64,000 nt of DNA from assembly GCA_001189215.1 (NCBI GenBank), contig LFCR01000004.1, forward strand, positions 313,635 through 377,634, in the 5' to 3' direction. Positions 44,601 to 53,600 of the stretch are shown one piece after another; positions within the stretch are counted from its first letter, which is position 1; every line of letters starts with the position of its first letter. The DNA comes from Parcubacteria bacterium C7867-008. Its GTDB lineage: Bacteria > Patescibacteriota > Minisyncoccia > Phycocordibacterales > Phycocordibacteraceae. Made by a program: the position numbers and the translations under genes. A model generated the notes under the pieces. The model did no database searches. It saw only the letters and a program-made list of their open reading frames with translations, and was not told where the DNA came from.

Positions 44601-47600
44601 CCATTGATGTCGACAATCTGAAGGCCTGAGGAAGCATCCGCAACATACGCATACTTTCCAGAAACATAGACATCGGCAGTAGAACCTGAGGTATCAAAAG
44701 TCCCAATAAGCACCGGGGATGCGGCGTTCGAAATGTCGACGACTTGAACTCCATCCGCGCCATCTGCGACATACGCGTACTTTCCGGAAACGTAGACACC
44801 GCCCGCAGCTCCCGTGGTGTTATAGGTGCCAGCGAGTGAAGGCGCAACAGGGTTCGAGATGTCGACAATCTGAAGGCCTGAGGAAGCATCCGCAACATAC
44901 GCATACTTTCCAGAAACATAGACGGCTGCTGCAAATCCCGTGGTGTTATAGGTGCCAGCGAGTGAAGGCGCAACAGGGTTCGAGATGTCGATTATTTGGA
45001 GACCAGCAGTATCATCAGCGACATACGCATACTTTCCAGAAACGTATACATCCGTGGCGAAGCCTGTGGTATTAAACGTTCCAGCAAGCGTAGGTGACGC
45101 CGGATTCGATATGTCGATGACCAAGAGACCAGCTGAGTTATAACCAACATACGCGTACTTTCCGGAAACGTAGACACCGCTGGGAATGTCTACGCCAATG
45201 TAGGATCCCACAAGTGTAGGTGACGTTGGGTTCGAGATATCGATGACCTTGAGTGCCCCAGTATCATCAGTAATATAGGCGTACTTTCCTGAAACATAGA
45301 CATCGGCAATAAATGCCCCGCTGCTATACGTGCCAGCAAGCGTAGGTGACGCCGGATTCGATATATCGATGATTTGGAGTCCTCCAGAATCATCGGCGAC
45401 ATACGCATACTTTCCTGAGACTTGCACACCAAAGGACTGGCCTGGCGTGTCGTATGTTCCCATCAGCGTCGGATTCCCAAAAGCAGTCTGGATGAAGTTC
45501 CCTCCTGCGAGCGCGAGCTTAGCGAATGGACTTGATGTACCAATACCAACAAGTCCCGCATTTGTAACAACAAAGTTTGTTGCTGATGAAGAACCTATTG
45601 CAAACGATGGCGCCAAACCATTTGCTGCTGTTGGGTTAATAGAAAGCTGTGCCCAAGGTGTGGTTGAGGCAAGAGCAACGGTTGAGGTGAAGTTGTTTGC
45701 AGCACCCCAGGTATTTGCGGTGGTAGTACCGAATGCGAGAGAAAGAATGTTTGAAGAGAGTTGGATTGGATAGGTTGCAGTGAGAGGTGCTTGGTAATCG
45801 GTGCCGGATACTGCAACTGAGAGAAGACCGTTAGTTGATTTAACAAGACCACTGCCAAGACCATCGATTGTCGCCGTTCCATGAACAAGGAAGTTGCCTT
45901 CAACAGACAGTGCTGCAGACGGTGAGGTTGTTGCAATACCAAGGAAACCTGATGAGTTGAATCGTGCACGTTCAATACCCGACGTAGTGAAGCCGATTGT
46001 ATTTGCACCAGCGTGGAAGATACCCGTACCGAGGTCTGACGCCCACGTAAACGATGGTGCTGATGCGCCATCTGCGTTAAGACCAATGAATTGTGATCCT
46101 GTAGTGATGGAACCAGTCGTGTTGATAGTGGTTGCCGTAAGTCCCCCGTTGAAATCTTGGAGTTGGCTCCATTGGTTGGCAGTCGTAGTACCAAATGCGA
46201 GTGATACGTTGGTTCCAGAAAGTTGAAGTGGGTATGAGAAAGAGAGTGTATTGCCACCGACACAAGTTCCGTTTACCGCAAAACATCCATTGGTTAGGTT
46301 GATGCCTCCCGTTGAAGAGAATGTTGACGTTGCGTTAGTGAAGTTAACAATACCTTCTATGGAGAGGAGTGAGCCTGGAGTGGTGGTACCTATGCCAACA
46401 TTTCCATTGTTAAGGATATTAAACAGTGTTGTTGTTGCAGTTAACGTTGAAGATCCTATTGCAAAAAGGGTCTTATCTGTTGAGCCAGTATTTGCGTGTA
46501 TTGAGAGTTTTGCATAGGGCGAGCTACTGGCAATACCAATCTGTCCAGTAGTTGCATCTAAGAATGAAGTTGCACTTGTTGTTGCAGGAAGCGTACCGAA
46601 AAGCAGGTTGCCAATATTGAGTTGATTATTTGCTGTTGCACTTGCAAAACGCGTATTGAAACCAATCCCAATATTGTTTCCTCCCGTAGTAATGTAGCCA
46701 GTGCCACTAGTACCTGACTGAGTTCCCAGGAATGTGTTGTCGCCACCGGTAGTAATTGCACCACCAGCTCGAACACCCACCGCAGTATTGTTAGATCCTG
46801 ACAACAAATTCGTCATGGCAAATACACCAAATGCAGAGTTAGCTGCTCCCGTGGTATTTGAACTTAGTGCCGTTGCCCCGAACGCACTGTTATTTGACGC
46901 GGTTGTGTTTGAACCGAGAGCGCTGGTACCAATTGCCTGGTTGCGTATTCCTGTTGTGTTTGAACCGAGAGCGCTGCCCCCAATCGCAATGTTGTTATTT
47001 CCCGTCGTGTTGGTTGAAAGTGCCAGGGTACCAATCCCAATATTAAATGCACCTGAGTTTGCACCAAGCGTGCTTGAACCAAAACCTGCATTGTTTCCTA
47101 TATACACGCCATCACTTGCTGTTGCGCCATATCCAGCACCGGTACCCAGGAAGACGTTGCGTGCACCTGTGGTCTTTGTTGGTGATCCGTTTGCACCAAG
47201 CCCACCAAAGAAGTTACTGGTACCTAGTACCGAGATAGTTGTTGAACCCTGATAACTCAACAGGTTTGTGTTGCTGTCTACATTGAAGCCGCCTGTTGCT
47301 GTGGTGGTGCCTACAACGGATAGCGTCTGGTACGGGGTAGTAGTTCCAAGACCGAGTCGTGCATTTGATTCACTCCAGAAGAAGTTAGCAGCAGCTGATG
47401 ACTGGGTCAGCTTGGTGCCATCAGAGAACACTACACCGCCATTGTAGAACGTAGTGGTTCCCGTGCCACCACTTCCAAGACCGAGCGTTCCTCCAAGAGA
47501 ACTTAATGAAAGACAGGTTCCATTTATTGCGTAGCAGCCAGCTGCGAGATTTAGTCCACCAGTTGAGTAGAATGTTGAAGTTGCAGTGGTGAAGTTAGCA

Positions 47601-50600
47601 ATACCACCTACAGACAGAAGTGAGCCAGGTGAGGTTGTTCCGACACCAAAGAATCCAGATGAGTTGAAACGGCCTCGTTCAATACCACTGGTACTAAATC
47701 CAATGGTGTTGGCAGACCCATGGAAGATACCTGTACCCAAGTCACTTCCCCATGTAAATGATGGTGCGGACGCACTATCACCACTTAGACCAATGAACTG
47801 TGAACCGGTAGTGATGGAACCAGTCGTGTTGATAGTTGTTGCCGTAAGGCCTCCATTAAAGTCTTGGAGTTGGCTCCATTGATTAGCAGTGGTGGTACCA
47901 AACGCAAGTGATACGTTAGTTCCAGAAAGTTGAAGTGGGTATGCGAATGAGAGTGTATTGCCACCAATACATGAACCGTTAATTGCGAAACATCCATTCG
48001 TGAGGTTAATACCGCCTGATGATTGGAACGTTGAGGTTGCAGTGGTGAAGTTTGCGATTCCTTGTATTGAGAGGAGTGAACCAGGAGTTGAGGTACCGAT
48101 ACCAACATTTCCGTTATTGAGGATATTAAACAGAGTTGTTGTGGCGGTAGGTGAACTAGAGCCAATAGTGAAGAGATTGGTATTTGTTTCTCCACTGTTT
48201 GCATGGATGGAGAGTTTTGAGAATGGTGAAGAAGTACCAATGCCAACGTTACCGTTATAGAGCGCAGTAAATATTGGCGCAGAACTTGTCGCGTTGCTTA
48301 CTGAAAGTACTGAGATGTTCTGTGCACGAGATGTAGATGCATTAAATGTAGAGAAACCATTTACATTGAGACCATTTCCAGCCATGATAGTCCCCCATGC
48401 TGAAATATTTCCTCCAGAGAAAATGTTGTCGGTTGCGTTAAGTACGTTTGTTGCAATGTTTCCTGCCGTAAGTGCCGGTACATCAACGCCGTTGATATCA
48501 ATGATCTGAAGCCCCGCAGAAAGATCACCAACATACGCATACTTGCCGACGACAGTTACACCATATGCGGTACCTGATGTGTCATACGTACCCACAAGTA
48601 ATGGTTGTGCAGGATTGGTAACATCAAGTACCTGGAGACCCGAACTACCATCTCCAACATACGCATACCTTCCAGCAACAAAGATGCTGTGTGCAGTACC
48701 AGCAGTATCAAAGCTACCAACAGACGTTACTGATGCTGGGTTTGAGATATTAACGATTTGAACGCTTGCGAAAGGAGAACCTCCGTCTGAAATGTATGCG
48801 TACTTCCCAACCACCGTCACATCTTCAGCAATCCATGGGGTGTCATAGGTACTAACTAGTCTTGGATTTGCAGGGCTTGAAATATCAATGACGCGCAAAC
48901 CGCTGAAATCGTCTGCAACGTATGCATACTTACCAGCAATAGAGATGCCGCTTGGTGCTGAGAGGCCAGAAAGGAATCCGACACCGACTGGAGCAGTTGG
49001 GTTTGAAATATCAATCACGACGACATTTGCCCCTGTGCCATCAGTAACATACGCATACCTACCCACTATCGCAACACCATTGTAATCAAAAGCGCTAATA
49101 CTGTAGTTTCCTACCAGTGCTGGAGCCGTTGGATTTGAGATATCGATAACCTGAAGACCGCTTCCCGAGTCTGCGATGTACGCGTATTTACCTGAGATAG
49201 CAATTGCACCAGCGACACCAGGAGTGTCGTACGTACCTACAAGAACAGGTAGTGCAGGGTTTGAAACATCGATAATCTGAAGGCCGCTACCCGCATCTGC
49301 GACGTAAGCGTAACTACCTATAACTTGTGCAACTACAGCAGAACCTGCTGTGTTGTATGTTCCAAGTAGGGTTGGATTTCCAACAGCAGTCTGCACAAAG
49401 TTTCCTCCTGCAAGCGCAAACTTCGCAAATGGCGATGTTGTACCGATACCAACACGTCCTGCATTTGAAACAATAAAGCTTGTTGCTGACGAAGAACCAA
49501 CAACAAACGCTGGTGCGGTGCCGAGGGTTGCTATTGGATTAACAGAGAGTTGTGCCCATGGTGTTGACGTACCGACACCGAAATTACCCGTGCTACTCAC
49601 TCTCGCCTTTTCAGAACCACTTACATAAAATACGTGACTACCTGAGACTGGCACTATGTAATCAAGCTGACTTCCGCTAACGCCCAAACCAAATACCGTA
49701 GAGCCATCGTCATACAATTTGAGCTTTGGATTGTTACCCGCTGAGCTAGAGAAGGTACCACCCAAAGATACTACGACCGGACTGGCAGTTGACTGACTTG
49801 TCTGAGAGCCTATTTGTAGATTCGATTGTGGGTTTGTTGTACCAATTCCAACATTTCCTGCATTTGAAACAATGAAGCTTGTTGCTGACGAAGATCCAAC
49901 AACAAACGCTGGTGCGGTACCGAGCGTTGCTATTGGATTAACCGAGAGTTGTGCCCATGGTGTTGTAGAAGCAACACCCACACGTCCAGCGTTGAGTATC
50001 GAAACTAACGTGGTTGGACTCGCAGCAATGCCACTCTGAAAATTGAAATTTCCAGTAGCAGCACGGAAATTCACGTTTCCATTTGATCCATCATTATAGA
50101 ACCCAAAACCATTTGCGCCGGCGTCTGCTGTACGGTTCGAAGAGTTATAGTAGAAACCTGCAGTACTGGATGTATCGTTTTTAAAGACTACGATTGAGTG
50201 CGCTGTTGCACCTGCGCTTGAATTTTGGAAACTAAGTGGTGCAAATTGACCGCTGACTGATGTTGCAACTGTGAAGGTGTCAGTAGTATATATTTTTCCA
50301 TCGACGGAAAAGCGCTGTGCGGGTGTTGTGGTTCCTATACCCACATATCCTGAGTTTGATACTAGGAAGCTTGTTGCAGAGGACGAGCCGATTACGAATG
50401 CTGGTGATGTACCGAGAGTAGCTGTTGGGTTAATTGAGAGCTGTGCCCACGGTGTTGAAGTTCCGAGACCAAGGAATTTGTTTGATTCACTCCAGAAGAA
50501 GTTTGCTGCTGCAGAAGACTGTGTGAGTTTTGTACCGTCACTGAATACAACACCTCCGTTATAGAAGGTGGTTGTTCCTGTACCACCACTTCCAAGTCCA

Positions 50601-53600
50601 AGAGTTCCTACAAGAGAACTGAGTGTGAGACATGTTCCATTAATTGCATAACACCCGCCTGTAAGATTGAGTCCGCCAGTACTGTAGAAAGTCGATGTTG
50701 CTGCAGTGAAGTTAGCAACACCTTCAATTGAGAGGAGTGATCCTGGTGAAGTCGTTGCGATACCAAGGAAACCACTTGAGTTAAACCGTGCGCGTTCAAT
50801 ACCGCTTGTGCTGAATCCAATTGCATTTGCACCAGCGTGGAATATTCCTGTAGTGAGATCAGACGCCCAAGTGAATGAAGGTGCTGATGCGCCATCAGCG
50901 TTAAGACCTATGAACTGTGAGCCAGTTGTGATGGAGCCTGAAGTGAGGATGGTTGTTGCCGTAAGTCCCCCGTTGAAATCTTGGAGTTGGCTCCATTGGT
51001 TGGCAGTCGTTGTACCAAATGCGAGTGATACGTTAGTTCCAGAAAGTTGAAGTGGGTATGCGAATGAGAGTGTATTACCACCAATACATGAACCGTTAAT
51101 TGCGAAACAACCGGAACTTAGGTTGATTCCTCCACTGCTATAGAAGGTTGATGTTGCAGTGCCAAAGTTAGCAATACCTTGGATGGAGAGGAGTGAACCA
51201 GGTGTTGAAGTACCTATACCAACCCTACCTCCATTACTGACCAAGAAGGTTGTTGCAGATGATGAACCGACAACAAATGCTGGGGCGGATCCGTCACTTG
51301 CGATTGGATTTACTGATAGGTTTGCCCATGGCGTGGTAGATCCAACACCAAGCTTACCGATATAGTAGCTCGTATCGTACCCTATACGCGCATAGTCCTT
51401 ATAGGTTCCATCGTTGCGGAATCCTGAGAATAGGAAGAAAGCATTTGATGAATTGACAGTCTCACGGACACTTCGAATATCGGTAAGGACGCGTCCAGAA
51501 CCTATACTTCCAGCGGGATTGATCTGAAGCGTGATATTCGCAAACTGGTTGGCATTGTTGCCCGTATTTGTATTCTCCATTACGAAGGTACGACCAGCAT
51601 CTCCCATATCGGTATTTGCTGCATATGTACTGGTGTCTGATTTCTGGAGTGTTAGGAGACCGCGCACATCAGTACCCCCGATAGCCCAGCCATTTGTTAC
51701 TGCACCTTGGCCCGCATAGAGTATGGTACCTCCTGCAACACCCTGAGGGCTGACGGTGAGTGCACCGTTTGCAGCAACAGTGAATGACGTGTAGTTACTT
51801 CCATCATACCCAACACGCAACTGTTCCGTAGTACTTACCGCATGAAGCTTAGCTGCAGGCGCAGCGGTTCCGATACCCACACGTCCTGCATTTGTAATCA
51901 CAAAGTTGGTTGCAGACGATGAACCAACAACAAATGATGGTGCTGTACCGTTTGCAGCTGTTGGGTTAACGGAGAGTTGCCCCCATGGAGTGGTTGAAGC
52001 AAGAGCAACCGTTGATGTGAAGTTGTTTGCAGCACCCCAGGTATTTACTGTTGTGGTACCAAAGGCGAGTGAGATTACATCCGATGAATTAATTAATGGG
52101 TAGGTAAACACGAGTGGTACTTGATAATCAGTACCTGCTGAAGCAACTGAAAGGACACCAGCAGTTGCTTTAAGCAGTCCGGTGAGTGATGTATTAACGG
52201 TGGTGAGATTAGGAGCAGAGACAAGTGTTCCAATCGTAGATGTTGCATTAATGCGTGCATCTGCACGGGCATCTGTGAAGTATCGATTTGTAAGACCTTC
52301 AGCAAGTGCATCCGTAGTAGTTGCACTGAAGTATGAGTAGAAGCGCTCACCAAAGTTTGTCAGATTTACTGCATTCAAGTAATAACTTCCCTCCTGTCCA
52401 TCAAACGTACCGGTCCAGTCACCGGTGCGATCGAGAGTAAGAACACCTGCGGTGTTTACAAGACCACTACCGGTGAGTGAGGTGAAGTATGAGCTGTTGA
52501 GACCGAAGGTGGTGGTGTTGAGTGAGGTGGTGGTTGCGTTGCCAGCAGTGAGTGCACCGGTGACTGCAAGGGCACCGCCGATCGTAGCGTTCCCTGAAGT
52601 TCGTAGCGTGCCTGCAACGGTGTTAAGTATCCCGACACCAATACCGCCAGTGAAGTATCCTGAGCCACTTACTGACAATTGGGTAGGCGCTGTAGTTGTT
52701 GCGATACCGAGACGTGAAGAGATGTACTGCTGCCCAATTACCTCAAAGATGCTGTTTGAGGTACTTGTTGCACTACCACCAATTACTACAACATTTGATG
52801 TGTCTTGCGGGTAAATAAGTCCTGATGATGTAGCAAATACACCATCACCACCACCCCCACCTGAAATGGTCTGATCAAGGCCCCATGCAGGAAGACCTGC
52901 CTGAACCTTGAGTACCTGGCCGGCAGAGCCAATTGGTAGGGTTGTTAGGTTGCCGCTACCATCCGCAAAGAGAATATCTCCAGAATTATAGGTAGAAATG
53001 CCCGTTCCTCCGTTCACCTGTGCAAGAACACCCGTGTGATTAGCGAGATCTAGGTAATAACTTCCCTCCTGTCCATCAAACGTACCGGTCCAGTCACCGG
53101 TGCGATCAAGCGTCAGAACACCTGCAGTGTTTACAAGACCACTACCGGTGAGTGAGGTGAAGTATGAGCTGTTGAGACCGAAGGTGGTGGTGTTGAGTGA
53201 TGTGGTGGTTGCGTTGCCAGCGATAAGTGAAGAAAGGAAACTTGGGCCAGAAACAGTAAGTGCGGTTGTAGAAGCACCCCCGTTGAACTGCTGAAGTGCA
53301 TTCCATTGATTTGCGGTGGTGGTACCGAACGCAAGTGAGACTGAGTTAATCGCACGGACGAGAGGATATGCGAACGAAAGCGGATTCTCGTAATCAACTC
53401 CAGCAACTGCAGGTGAAAGGACACCTGCAGTTGCTTTAAGAATTCCGGTAAGTGATGTGGCCACCGTACCAAGATTTGGCGCTGAGGTAAGAGTACCGAT
53501 TGTTGATGTTGCATTGATGCGCGCATCCGCACGAGCATTTGTGAAGTATAGATTTGTAATGCCTTCTGCAAGTGCATCAGTAGTCTTTGTGGTGAACCAG

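Noticed and set aside
41700-51200. Possible CRISPR array suggested by many recurring 25-40-bp identical segments
   Set aside because: The repeats are in-frame protein-coding units of 130-350 bp with irregular spacing, and there are no short unique spacers, leader or cas genes.
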